Source of the DNA: a virus
Lineage: Duplodnaviria; Heunggongvirae; Uroviricota; Caudoviricetes
DNA: 41,090 bases
Direction: 5' to 3' (one strand)
IMG/VR virus record: IMGVR_UViG_2563366960_000010
The notes under the pieces were generated by a model that was not told the DNA's origin, did no database searches, and was given only the letters and a program-made list of their open reading frames with translations. Shown piece after piece: positions 8,115-17,344 of the stretch (positions are counted from its first letter, which is position 1; every line of letters starts with the position of its first letter). The position numbers and the translations under genes were made by a program.

Positions 8115-8825
8115 ATGGCTAATGCTCAAACTTCCATCTTCAAATTTGAATCTGTTAACCCTATCCGTTCCATCATTATCGATGGCCAACCATGGTTTGT
8201 AGCCCAAGACGTTTGTAGTGCGCTGCGTATCCAAAACGTCACCCAAGCACTTGAAAAACTGGATGATGATGAAAGGTCTATGTTCAACATAGGGCATGAA
8301 CATCGTGCAATTTTTGACAGCCGAGTAAAAGAGATCAACATCATCTCCGAGTCAGGCCTCTACACACTGATCCTCCGCTGCCGCGACGCAGTGACACCAG
8401 GCACTATCCCCTACCGCTTTCGTAAATGGGTTACGGGTGAGGTTCTTCCTCAGATCCGCCGCACCGGAAGCTACATTAAAAACTCGCTCCCGCAGGAAGA
8501 ACGCATAAAGATGGTTGCCGACCAGGTGGCCAACGCCACGGCGTCAGCAGTAATGCAGGCGATGAAGATAGAGAACAAAACCTACAGCGCCCCACTGAAT
8601 CCCGGCTACCGCAGCCTGATTCATTCGCCGTCTGGTGTTCTCGGCCTGACGGAGAACTCACTGCTGATGAATCTGCTGAACCAGTTACAGGACGACGGGC
8701 ACGACGTATCGGGCGCGGCGGCGGAGCTGACCACCATGTTCTGCTACATCGTCGGTGTGAGCAAATGCCTGCGTGATATCCAGACCCACGCGGAATACAT
8801 CAACGACAAGGCAGGGTTCTTCTGA
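8115..8825 (+). CDS. ant: Antirepressor, Bro-N/KilA-N family N-terminal domain
   Basis: 236 aa from ATG 8115 with SD GGAG; N-terminal Bro-N pattern (IFKFE...IRSIIIDGQPWFVAQDV); C-terminal domain paralogous to the 85-aa ORF. Confidence 0.75.
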   Translation: MANAQTSIFKFESVNPIRSIIIDGQPWFVAQDVCSALRIQNVTQALEKLDDDERSMFNIGHEHRAIFDSRVKEINIISESGLYTLILRCRDAVTPGTIPYRFRKWVTGEVLPQIRRTGSYIKNSLPQEERIKMVADQVANATASAVMQAMKIENKTYSAPLNPGYRSLIHSPSGVLGLTENSLLMNLLNQLQDDGHDVSGAAAELTTMFCYIVGVSKCLRDIQTHAEYINDKAGFF

Positions 8826-8833
8826 CGGGCGGT

Positions 8834-8860
8834 GGCACAGGGATGTGCCTTTAAATAATT
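8834..8860 (+). terminator. Weak terminator-like hairpin after ant
   Basis: Stem GGCACA / TGTGCC then TTTAAATAATT; short T-run, so weak. Confidence 0.3.
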
Positions 8861-8897
8861 CTGTACAGATTGCAGACTGTGGGTGAATAGCGTACTA

Positions 8898-8912
8898 TTA
8901 CCTTAAAGGTAA
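8898..8912. promoter_or_regulatory. Operator-like palindrome TTACCTTAAAGGTAA abutting the SD of the 55-aa gene
   Basis: Perfect copy immediately followed by AGGAGG and ATG 8925. Confidence 0.55.
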
Positions 8913-8924
8913 AGGAGGCGCGAT

Positions 8925-9092
8925 ATGACAGCGTTGAAAAATCGTACTCAGCACAATGAACAAGCCAAGCAATGCTGGGATGTCATTGGAAAAGTTATGC
9001 TTGGCCGCGCAAGCAAAGAGCGCGACAAGGATATGGTTTACCAGACAGGAACATCTTTCAGCGACTTCAAGGCGGCATTTCGCTCCAAATAG
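8925..9092 (+). CDS. Small basic protein (55 aa), first gene of an accessory two-gene cassette
   Basis: ATG with perfect SD AGGAGG at 6-nt spacing; below the 60-aa cutoff of the ORF track; no family recognised. Confidence 0.5.
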   Translation: MTALKNRTQHNEQAKQCWDVIGKVMLGRASKERDKDMVYQTGTSFSDFKAAFRSK

Positions 9093-9112
9093 AAGCACAT
9101 CAGGAGTTTTCC

Positions 9113-9553
9113 TTGAAGTTTAACATTAGAATATCTAATAGTTTTCTACATGGGGAAAGCAACACCCCTTTCGCTGTAGACGGACCTTTCCTTACTGATG
9201 ATGAAATAAAAATCATACAAAGTTTTTTAGAGGATGTTGCCAATGGAAGGGCGCTTGTTGGAAAAAACAAGCCCTCGTGGGTTGATGATAACCATGATAA
9301 AATTCCCGGCTCAGACAATTATGAGCAAGAGAATTATTGGCATTATCATTGTGGGCCAACATGGTATCCAAACACATTTAAGAATTATACCATTAACTTA
9401 AATTTCAACCCTGGCGGAAGGCATTCTAATGAATGCATTCATTATGCAAAAAATGATAATGAAATTGTCATTGTTGGATTTTCAAGAGAACACATACCTT
9501 TCCTTTCATCAGATGGAAACAACAATCCGCTTTTTAATGATGAAGAAGAATAG
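9113..9553 (+). CDS. Hypothetical 146-aa protein in AT-rich cargo region
   Basis: TTG start with SD CAGGAG 6 nt upstream; region markedly AT-rich versus neighbours; Asn/Asp-rich, acidic tail; terminator follows directly. Confidence 0.5.
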   Translation: MKFNIRISNSFLHGESNTPFAVDGPFLTDDEIKIIQSFLEDVANGRALVGKNKPSWVDDNHDKIPGSDNYEQENYWHYHCGPTWYPNTFKNYTINLNFNPGGRHSNECIHYAKNDNEIVIVGFSREHIPFLSSDGNNNPLFNDEEE

Positions 9554-9576
9554 CCCGCGCTGCGGGCTTTTTTGTG
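9554..9576 (+). terminator. Intrinsic terminator after the AT-rich cassette
   Basis: Stem GCCCGC / GCGGGC followed by TTTTTTG immediately after the stop at 9553. Confidence 0.7.
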
Positions 9577-9645
9577 GACGAAACAAAAGTCAGTGCTACA
9601 CTCATTGACGCCACATTGAGGTGGCTTATAGATGGAAATTTCACA

Positions 9646-9807
9646 ATGAAAAAAGCATTTGCTGCACTGTTCGTTTTGTTGTCTCTGGTAGCTTCAACTC
9701 AGGCCTTTGCCGGTCGTTGTCAGCACGACAGCGACACTGCTGCTGACGGCTCCCGCTGCGGTGGGCGTTCTGCGGACTCCCGTCCGGGCGGCGGTGGCAT
9801 TCGTTAA
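9646..9807 (+). CDS. Small secreted Gly/Arg/Asp-rich peptide with two cysteines
   Basis: Signal peptide MKKAFAALFVLLSLVASTQAFA then ~31-aa mature peptide; weak SD; longer track ORF would start at GTG 9574. Confidence 0.45.
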   Translation: MKKAFAALFVLLSLVASTQAFAGRCQHDSDTAADGSRCGGRSADSRPGGGGIR

Positions 9808-9830
9808 AAACAAGGCCGCGAAAGCGGCCT
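9803..9830 (-). terminator. Terminator closing the minus-strand internal virion protein operon
   Basis: Stem GGCCGC / GCGGCC (9813-9830) followed on the minus strand by a U-rich run. Confidence 0.55.
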
Positions 9831-9842
9831 GTGACATGTCAC
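9831..9842. repeat. GTGACATGTCAC palindrome copy 1 (14-mer CGTGACATGTCACA on minus strand)
   Basis: Perfect 12-bp palindrome between convergent genes; same core at 27027 and 29292. Confidence 0.6.
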
Positions 9843-9849
9843 GCTCACG

Positions 9850-9990
9850 TTATGACAAGCCTATGTACCCTGCTACACCAGATAATATCATAATAACTGC
9901 AACAGCAAATTCGCCATCGTCAATGATACATTTACGGTTCATAACGCCAAGTGCAACAAGCGCAAACACAACAAGAATAAAAGCAATCAT
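9850..9990 (-). CDS. Small hydrophobic membrane peptide (46 aa) coupled to the last internal virion protein gene
   Basis: ATG 9 nt after the stop of the 824-aa gene, SD AGGA; two hydrophobic segments; below ORF-track cutoff. Confidence 0.45.
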   Translation of the reverse strand: MIAFILVVFALVALGVMNRKCIIDDGEFAVAVIMILSGVAGYIGLS

Positions 9991-9999
9991 TTCTCATCC

Positions 10000-12474
10000 T
10001 TATTGCGGAGTGACATCCTGTGGTCGCCACCAGTATGTCTGGTTAAACTCTTTCTTCGAACGTTGCTCCATTTTACGCAAATAACCTGGTGAAAAATACT
10101 CCTGCATCTGGTTAAAGATCATGTGATCGAGAGCCGCCTTCAAGTACCAGAGATTCGCACCTGGCATCAGACCTTTCCCCAGCTTAACCAGATCACCACC
10201 AGTCTGCTCACTCTTCCCTTCCACAGCATTTAACGGTATGCCCTGAGCAATCTTCACTACGTCATCAACCAGACCAGCTACCGGGCCAAGCATCGACGCC
10301 AGCGCGCCGCTTCCGTACCTAGTGTGATCTGACAATAAAAAGTCACCGTAAAGGCCAAGACCACCACCTTTCAGTAGAGCACCAAGCCAAAATTTAGCAG
10401 CATCTTCTCCTGTCATCTCGCGAGGATTACGACCAGACGCAAGGTCGTTAAGTTGCTGCGACAAAGCGCCAAGAATGGTCGTACTGGCAATAAACGTCGC
10501 AATATATGCCGCACGCCCACCAGCAGACGGCATACCCATAGCGCGTGACCAGTGACGCATAACCACCGAGATAGGGAACGATTTAAACAGGAAAACACTT
10601 CTCGTTAATTCACCTTTCCATGTTCCACGCTGAATACCAGAACCGGTTATCAGTTGCTCACGTGCTCCCGGTGTAATAACAGCCATATCAACTTCTTCAG
10701 TTACGGCACCGAGCAGTTTACGCATTGCCTCAAATTTCACGCGTTCAGGCTCACCAAGATGTTTAACTGCTGAATCAGGGATACGCATAATGCTTTCCGG
10801 TGTCAGCATCGTATTATTACCGTTCCCCCAGTCCTCCTGTTTCGCCAGCTTCCATACGCTCCAGTCTGTGTCAGTAATCCCTTTGCTTTTCAGGATACGA
10901 AAATCAGAGTCATCGAGGCTACGAAGGTCTGGTGTACGTGACACTACTTCTCCCAGGCTTCCCATCATGGTTACGCCATAGGCGCGCTTGTGCGCATCTG
11001 ACCATGCTGTAAGCCCACTGGCACGCATTACCGCCGTTGCCGCCCAACGAGACACTGACGGCCCCATATTATCCATCGCCCAGCGGTTAACGCTGCCAAG
11101 TAGAGATTCCATCGCCAGACCAGCGCGGCGCGCCCGCGCAAGTTCTGTACGGTTCGTTGGGTCCATAGCTTCAAGCTGGTTGCGGAATAACTGGTTCATT
11201 GGAAGGTTGGTAACCTTCGCAGACAGATACATGGTTCCAAGATCAGAGAACGATGACAGCAACGCGGATCCGAGTCTGCTGGCAACCAGCCAGTTGCGGA
11301 TATTGTCAGACCATCGCGCGATGTGCGGATTCGCTACAGGCTGTGTCTTTCCGGAAATAAAGTTGTACAGATTCTCTGTGTTGTTCGCCAGCCGCTCGAC
11401 TTTACCGGTTTTACTCGGGTTAGCTGTTGCCGTTTCTGCCTTCACCTGATCAAGAAGAGAGCGGAAAACATGATCGGGGTTTGGGCCATATGTTTCCACC
11501 AGTGCAATATCTTTACTGATACCTTCCAGGTGACCGACCATGATTTCCCATAGAGAGCGATCGCCATAAAGTTGCTGATATTGCAGATAGGAATCTGCAT
11601 CTTTGAAATGTATCTGTCGTGATGCATTACCACGGTTAGCACGTGCGCCGGAAATTCGCATTCCGGTATCAGTAAGCTTATTCAGCCCACCAGTAGCGAT
11701 CGTGTTATAAGCCTCTCCAAGAAATGAAGACAACTCGGCATCGTTCATCAGTTGTCCATCGGCTCGGATATAATATTTGCGATCCAGCTTACCTATAACA
11801 TCGCTAACCCACTTATCCTTTGATACTGCCCCAACCTTTTCCATAGAATGATGTTGAGGGATCCCCCAGTTTTCGAGATAGCCAATGTCCCCACCAGCAT
11901 CATTAAACCGGCGGCGCAGCAGCTCTGTAACTTCTCTCCACGCCTTAGCACCGTTTCTTGCTTTAGCATTGCCAGTATTTTGCCCCCGCATTTCATATAC
12001 CAGGTCACGTACGCCCGCTTCATCTTCAAACAGACCAAAAAAGCGAGGATCAACTGCTTCGAATGCCTCCTGCAATTGACTCAATGCATAATCACGGGTG
12101 GCTTTTGTTCTGGATTCAACAGAGAGGAAATTAGATTTACCGTCTGCATTAAAAGCTATAGTACGGTTAAGAGCGCCAAGTTTCCCATCAGCCCCTTGAT
12201 AGCTATTGATAAATTTATCCAATCTCTGACGCGCGGCTATAGTGAGAGCCACACGACGTTTCTTTAATGCCGCTTCTCGCTGTAATTCTTCAGATGCCAA
12301 TTGTGCTGCTCGATATAGCCGCTCTGATTCGGAAAGTTGTCTCCACGACATCGGGTCATCACGAGCAATGGAGCGCATATTTCGATAAATGCGGTCTTCA
12401 ATGTTCTGTATTTCTCGCGCCGTTAACGTGCGCTGCGCCGCCTGCTGGACCGCTTGTATACATTCCTGTCTCAT
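10000..12474 (-). CDS. Internal virion / DNA-ejection protein (C-terminal part of a T7 gp16-like function)
   Basis: 824 aa, follows the 600-aa gene with 5-nt spacing; position and size in T7-like virion module. Confidence 0.55.
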   Translation of the reverse strand: MRQECIQAVQQAAQRTLTAREIQNIEDRIYRNMRSIARDDPMSWRQLSESERLYRAAQLASEELQREAALKKRRVALTIAARQRLDKFINSYQGADGKLGALNRTIAFNADGKSNFLSVESRTKATRDYALSQLQEAFEAVDPRFFGLFEDEAGVRDLVYEMRGQNTGNAKARNGAKAWREVTELLRRRFNDAGGDIGYLENWGIPQHHSMEKVGAVSKDKWVSDVIGKLDRKYYIRADGQLMNDAELSSFLGEAYNTIATGGLNKLTDTGMRISGARANRGNASRQIHFKDADSYLQYQQLYGDRSLWEIMVGHLEGISKDIALVETYGPNPDHVFRSLLDQVKAETATANPSKTGKVERLANNTENLYNFISGKTQPVANPHIARWSDNIRNWLVASRLGSALLSSFSDLGTMYLSAKVTNLPMNQLFRNQLEAMDPTNRTELARARRAGLAMESLLGSVNRWAMDNMGPSVSRWAATAVMRASGLTAWSDAHKRAYGVTMMGSLGEVVSRTPDLRSLDDSDFRILKSKGITDTDWSVWKLAKQEDWGNGNNTMLTPESIMRIPDSAVKHLGEPERVKFEAMRKLLGAVTEEVDMAVITPGAREQLITGSGIQRGTWKGELTRSVFLFKSFPISVVMRHWSRAMGMPSAGGRAAYIATFIASTTILGALSQQLNDLASGRNPREMTGEDAAKFWLGALLKGGGLGLYGDFLLSDHTRYGSGALASMLGPVAGLVDDVVKIAQGIPLNAVEGKSEQTGGDLVKLGKGLMPGANLWYLKAALDHMIFNQMQEYFSPGYLRKMEQRSKKEFNQTYWWRPQDVTPQ

Positions 12475-12479
12475 TTAAT

Positions 12480-14282
12480 TTAACCTCTCAAGAAACACGC
12501 CACAGCGACATCAAACAGGCTGGAATCCTGTATTGCCTGCTCACTTTCCCTGTTCGCTTCATCCAGTACTTCACGCGCGCTGCGCGATTGTGGATTACCA
12601 TCATCATCCAGCACGGTGATTATCATGTCCGGATATTCAAGCAGCGAGTCTTCAGCTATACGCAGATCAATATCTCCTGCCGGATCTGCCATCATTTTTT
12701 GTTCTGTCTGTTGCAATATCTTACCGGGATCAAAAGGAGCTACTTCGTCTGGCGTCCTGACCTCTGCTGTTTTATAGAATGAAACAGCCTGAGCATTAAG
12801 TTCACTTTCTGCCTGCTGTCTCCGAGCCAGTTCTGCTCGAGCTTCAAAAAACTGACCGCCAGGCTCATGCGGTGCCAACGCGTTACGGGAAAATTCCAGG
12901 CGTTCTTGTGCCTGCCGGATTCGTTGGTCAATATCCCGAAGTCTGGCCTGTTTATCTGATCGAGCACGAGACAAAGCTTTACCGCTACCGGCTGGATCTT
13001 CTGCAAGAATTTGTGCGCGCTGTTCAGTGAGATTTTCAATAATTCGTTGGCTATTAGCGATTTCAGACTGGTAAACCTGTCTATCGCCACGCGGCAAAAG
13101 CTGCGCGGCCTGTTCTTCAAGCAACCGATTTTCTATAGCGCGCGCCGTTACTCCATCATCTACAGATGACAGAGCCTCATTAACTGCCTGAGACAGCAGA
13201 CTCTTGCGTCCAGGAATTTCACTGAAAGATGCAGACTCAACAATGCTGGCAACGTCTACAGGTCTCCCCTGGCTAACATCAGACATGGCTTTTCGCAGAG
13301 CCTGAATGTGCGAATTACGCGAAAGCACGTTGATCGGCACGCCGGGAGCAATATCAATTTCAGCATGATGAGCGGCATTCGCCGCCAGTGCAGCATCGAT
13401 ATCAACTGGTGAAAAATTTGGTGCGCTTGTAGACTCGCCGCGAGAGTTAATAAATCTGCCGACACCACCAAACGCCACCCCAAGAACAGCATCAATAGCA
13501 ATTGCCTGTCGATCCAACACATCATACTGGTTAGCCATTTCGCTATAGCCACCATCACGAAGCGTTTTTGCAGTAAGCCCACGCTGTGCCATACCGAACG
13601 CAATATTTGTACCTGCGGCATAGGCAATATCTGGCGTTGCACGTACTGCTGTTGCTGCGGCGCGTCGCACTGAACTTTCACCCGTCCGCGCAAGCTGAGC
13701 CGCCACACCTTCCGCCAGCGCACCACCAGCACGTAACCCGAGGCTCATAGGGATCAGTGTTCCGGCACCAGCAGTAATACCCTGCACTAATCCCGCTTCC
13801 TGCGCCGTCCTGAAATCAACACCCTGTGCTGTAAGCCGTTCAAACTCAGAAAAACCCTGTAGAGAAGTTACCGCCGCAGCACCTCCGACCGGACCACCGA
13901 GCGTTGTACCGACAACAGCCTGCCCGCCCATATCGAACAACCCATAAAGGACCTGCCCGGCGGTTCCGGTTGTCGCGGCATCAGGCGTCAGCCGCTTAAC
14001 CTGCTGCTCTGCTAGTTTTCTCTGCTCAGCAATGTATGAAACTGAAGTGTCATTGATCGAGGTGTTTTCGTTAACAAACTGAGCAATCGGGGATACGATT
14101 TTATCCATCCCTGCCCATAGCAACTGATCTGGCTTTGCCACCAGCCCGGAGTACAAACCAGACAATGCCGCTCCTACAGCATTGTCGAAAAAACCAACAT
14201 CGCTGTTAAAGCCAGCTGGATTTGATGCTGCTTCGTCAAGCTGCTGATTCTGGTTTACTGGATTAAGGCCAAAGTAACTCAT
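12480..14282 (-). CDS. Internal virion / ejection protein, Gly/Ala-rich with hydrophobic segments
   Basis: 600 aa with Gly-rich hydrophobic stretches and coiled-coil C-terminal half; start overlaps previous gene stop. Confidence 0.5.
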   Translation of the reverse strand: MSYFGLNPVNQNQQLDEAASNPAGFNSDVGFFDNAVGAALSGLYSGLVAKPDQLLWAGMDKIVSPIAQFVNENTSINDTSVSYIAEQRKLAEQQVKRLTPDAATTGTAGQVLYGLFDMGGQAVVGTTLGGPVGGAAAVTSLQGFSEFERLTAQGVDFRTAQEAGLVQGITAGAGTLIPMSLGLRAGGALAEGVAAQLARTGESSVRRAAATAVRATPDIAYAAGTNIAFGMAQRGLTAKTLRDGGYSEMANQYDVLDRQAIAIDAVLGVAFGGVGRFINSRGESTSAPNFSPVDIDAALAANAAHHAEIDIAPGVPINVLSRNSHIQALRKAMSDVSQGRPVDVASIVESASFSEIPGRKSLLSQAVNEALSSVDDGVTARAIENRLLEEQAAQLLPRGDRQVYQSEIANSQRIIENLTEQRAQILAEDPAGSGKALSRARSDKQARLRDIDQRIRQAQERLEFSRNALAPHEPGGQFFEARAELARRQQAESELNAQAVSFYKTAEVRTPDEVAPFDPGKILQQTEQKMMADPAGDIDLRIAEDSLLEYPDMIITVLDDDGNPQSRSAREVLDEANRESEQAIQDSSLFDVAVACFLRG

Positions 14283-16792
14283 TGCGGAATATCTCCGGAG
14301 AATCTCTGACGCTTCTGTGTCAGATTAAGAACAACGGGAGAACCATCATCTTTCAGCAGATAACCAGTACCAAGTTTCACCAGGTACTGACTATCGCCGT
14401 AACTTTGCAAACCATACTGACCAGGCGGTGTTTTTATCCCGGAGCCGACAACTTGTTCATTCCAAGCCTGATTAACCTGCTTATCGAATTGCTCTGCAGA
14501 CATTCCCCACGGCAAAAGGACATTCCCCATTCCGTTATAGTCATGCACGCCACCTGTAGCTACGTTAACAGCCTGTTTCCAGACATCATTGTCAATTTCG
14601 CCTGATACCACGCCTTTTTTCGCCATCACACCAGCGTAATAATCCTTTGCGATCTCGTATGCCATTGATGCGCCCTGAGCGTCACCAGCAAATGCATCCT
14701 TCACCATGTCAGAAAACTCAAGGCGAAGATCAGCATCTTTAGGCATCGGAATACCTTTCGCATCATCAGTACCTTTACGAGCCGCCGCGCCAGCAAGAAT
14801 TGTCTGCGCAGCGGTTTCAGGAGACACGGAAACATCCGGATTAAACCAGTTTTTTTCTGCCAAAATACCACCAGGCTTATCCATCAGTATCCCGGCAACG
14901 GCAGCAGATGGAGCGTTGGCACTGATCTGCTGTAGTGCTGACATATACACCTGCCCACCACCAGTGCTCTGCCTGATGGTATCGAGATATGCTGCCTGTT
15001 GGGAAACTGGAGCATCACGAAAGAAAACACCGATCTGATTGGCCTCGTCTTTGGAAAAGAACGTCAGTGGAGTGCCATATGACTTAGCAAGGTCACTGAC
15101 CTGAGCGGCACGCAAGGCAACGCTCTGTCCAAAGTTATCCTTATTGCTCATGTCGATAGGCTTTGCCTGTCGGGAGGCAAGAGAGAACTGCACAGGATCC
15201 GACTGCCGCTGCTTTATCACCTGATTTGCAGCCGAAACAACGTTGTCATAAAGAGTTGCGCGTGCCGCATACCCCTCCCCTGTATCACCAGTATCCGGGC
15301 GTAATTGCTCAACATATGCTGTAATGCTGCTTGTCGGCATGTTGCGGAAAGAGCCTATATACTGTCCGGCGATCTGCGTATTCTTAAACTCGGTATATCG
15401 CAGGTTTCCTTCTCTGACTCCATAAGCTGCAATAAAATCATCCTCACCAGGTGGGTTAGGAAATTCAATGCCACGCATATACGCAGCCGTCGCATCGCGA
15501 ACCCGGCTGTCGAGCATCGTTTTATATTCAGCCTGCTGTTGTCTGGCTAGTGCATCAGTCTGTCGCAACACGCTGGCCTGATCTGATTCACTTAAAGCAT
15601 CGAACCAGGCTACACCGGTATAACGTTTATTTTTTGTCGGTAGCTGAGAAAGCCCCAGCGCAGCACTAACACCTGCAGTTAACTGCTGATCACTGTATGG
15701 CTGGCTACCGTTTTCATGATGGATAATGGCTGCACAAAGCGCCTTCAGGGTATCAGGATTTGATGCATCGAGAGGCTCATCAGCAGAAACGCCAAGTTGT
15801 TCGCACACTGCTTTGATATACGACATAGTGTCATTTTTATCAGTAGGCGGTGCCCAGCGATTAATTATCTCGCTGACGGTATCAATACCCTGCCGCTGAT
15901 ACGACATCAGGTTCCGCCCTAATGCACGAATACCGTGTTCAGGGGTTTCGAATTTGGCAAAGCGACCATCATCACCAGTCTGCCCAACCCACGGATTAGT
16001 TTTGCTGTATTCAAGATTGCCGGGGTTATTGTTGCGTATACCGCGGGTACGATCGGAAGAGCCACTATCTGCTACAGCACGGCGAGAACCAGCAGCAGTA
16101 TCGCTTAACTCGCCGTTTTGCTGTCTTACCTGAAGATAGTTTGCTCCAATAGCATTTTGAGCAGTTGCTTTTGCTGTTGCTTCTTTAAACTCGATTTTCT
16201 TGGCCTGGATTTGCTCGTCACTCCAGCCATGTGCAATGCCGTAATCCTCAATTTGCTGGAAAGTTTGCTTATTAGCCAATACGTATGCGGCGTTGTCGCC
16301 ATACAATGCTGCGGCATTTTTACCATTGTTCAGCAGCGTAGCCTGAAACTGGCCTTCTTCGTAGGCATTTATTTGCCCTATCTCGTGCCGCCCGGCCTGC
16401 GTAGTGAACTGAATGCGCTGCTGCTGCGCCTGCTGCATGAAAGCATTACGAGCCTGTTCATCCGGCAGCGACATAGCCAGTTGTTCGACCTGAGCATCAA
16501 ACTGCTGCGTATACTCCTGACCTTTTCCAATAGCATTTTTCCCTTTCAGGTTAAGCAAACCTGTTTCAGGGTTATTCAGCAGATCGCTGCTTATCTGGCT
16601 TAAGCTAAGAGAAGCATCCTGAGCCATAGCAACATTCGCACGCTGTTTTGCCTGCGCAATAATACCTGCATATTGCTCTGCAACATCGCCAAGTACATCA
16701 CCGACATTTGGTGTCTGAAACGATGAGAATCCCTGCGTCGAAATCCCTCTGCTCTGAACCTGACGGCCCGATGTTGTTGGTACAACTGGCAT
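14279..16792 (-). CDS. Internal virion protein with a possible peptidoglycan-hydrolase-like segment
   Basis: 837 aa; segment GIRNNNPGNLEYS...WAPP resembles a motif I associate with virion muralytic domains (uncertain). Confidence 0.45.
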   Translation of the reverse strand: MPVVPTTSGRQVQSRGISTQGFSSFQTPNVGDVLGDVAEQYAGIIAQAKQRANVAMAQDASLSLSQISSDLLNNPETGLLNLKGKNAIGKGQEYTQQFDAQVEQLAMSLPDEQARNAFMQQAQQQRIQFTTQAGRHEIGQINAYEEGQFQATLLNNGKNAAALYGDNAAYVLANKQTFQQIEDYGIAHGWSDEQIQAKKIEFKEATAKATAQNAIGANYLQVRQQNGELSDTAAGSRRAVADSGSSDRTRGIRNNNPGNLEYSKTNPWVGQTGDDGRFAKFETPEHGIRALGRNLMSYQRQGIDTVSEIINRWAPPTDKNDTMSYIKAVCEQLGVSADEPLDASNPDTLKALCAAIIHHENGSQPYSDQQLTAGVSAALGLSQLPTKNKRYTGVAWFDALSESDQASVLRQTDALARQQQAEYKTMLDSRVRDATAAYMRGIEFPNPPGEDDFIAAYGVREGNLRYTEFKNTQIAGQYIGSFRNMPTSSITAYVEQLRPDTGDTGEGYAARATLYDNVVSAANQVIKQRQSDPVQFSLASRQAKPIDMSNKDNFGQSVALRAAQVSDLAKSYGTPLTFFSKDEANQIGVFFRDAPVSQQAAYLDTIRQSTGGGQVYMSALQQISANAPSAAVAGILMDKPGGILAEKNWFNPDVSVSPETAAQTILAGAAARKGTDDAKGIPMPKDADLRLEFSDMVKDAFAGDAQGASMAYEIAKDYYAGVMAKKGVVSGEIDNDVWKQAVNVATGGVHDYNGMGNVLLPWGMSAEQFDKQVNQAWNEQVVGSGIKTPPGQYGLQSYGDSQYLVKLGTGYLLKDDGSPVVLNLTQKRQRFSGDIPQ

Positions 16793-16804
16793 CTTATTAT
16801 CCCC

Positions 16805-17344
16805 TTATCGACCGGTTGGAGTGCCAACAGCAGCAGAAATCGGCGCAGCCTTCTGAGAGAACGGGCTCCACGTTCCGCCGCCCATCTGGTATGCACCGTA
16901 TGCTTTTAGTGGTGCCGTTAACAAAGTGCTGGTCATCGATGATTTAGCAGCCGACTGAGCAGCAGCCCCCTGTGCCTGAGCATTCATTCCCTGAACCTGA
17001 TACCCATATGCCTCACGCTGAGCATTATTCACTGTCGTTAACGCATCAAGAGTGCCGAACTGAGCATTATCCGCAAAAACGTCAAGAGCTGTTCCGCTAC
17101 TTAATTCCGCACCGGTAGCCCCCATAGTGGCCGCCGCAGTGCCTGAGCGTTGACGCATTTCACGACGACGCTGATCCGCTTCAATATTCCCACGATTGAT
17201 TGAATCCTGTGCCTGAGCTTCAGCAATTTCAGCATTCCGATCAGCTATGGCTGACTGGTATTTTGCCTGCTTGCTCTGGCTGTACATTGACGCGGCTGTG
17301 GATGCCACTGTGACGGCAACCAAAGCGATGGCTGGGTTACACAT
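16805..17344 (-). CDS. Internal virion protein, T7 gp14-like
   Basis: 179 aa, starts MC with hydrophobic N-terminus, Ala/Gln-rich, ends AAPISAAVGTPTGR resembling the T7 gp14 C-terminus. Confidence 0.55.
   Translation of the reverse strand: MCNPAIALVAVTVASTAASMYSQSKQAKYQSAIADRNAEIAEAQAQDSINRGNIEADQRRREMRQRSGTAAATMGATGAELSSGTALDVFADNAQFGTLDALTTVNNAQREAYGYQVQGMNAQAQGAAAQSAAKSSMTSTLLTAPLKAYGAYQMGGGTWSPFSQKAAPISAAVGTPTGR

Noticed and set aside
7757-8303. Track ORFs 7757-8068 (+) and 8028-8303 (-) as protein-coding genes
   Set aside because: They span a hairpin-rich, terminator-containing leader and overlap the ant start; no SD or sensible start codon. Better explained as regulatory RNA structure.
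9113-9553. Assigning the 146-aa AT-rich protein to the YafO toxin family
   Set aside because: Only a vague resemblance (aromatic residue followed by H.H) from memory, and the upstream 55-aa protein does not resemble YafN-type antitoxins. Left as unknown.
12474-12482. Programmed frameshift or split gene joining the 600-aa and 824-aa proteins into one gp16-like protein
   Set aside because: A clean TAA stop is followed 5 nt later by an ATG with an upstream GAGAGG; this looks like ordinary translational coupling of two genes.
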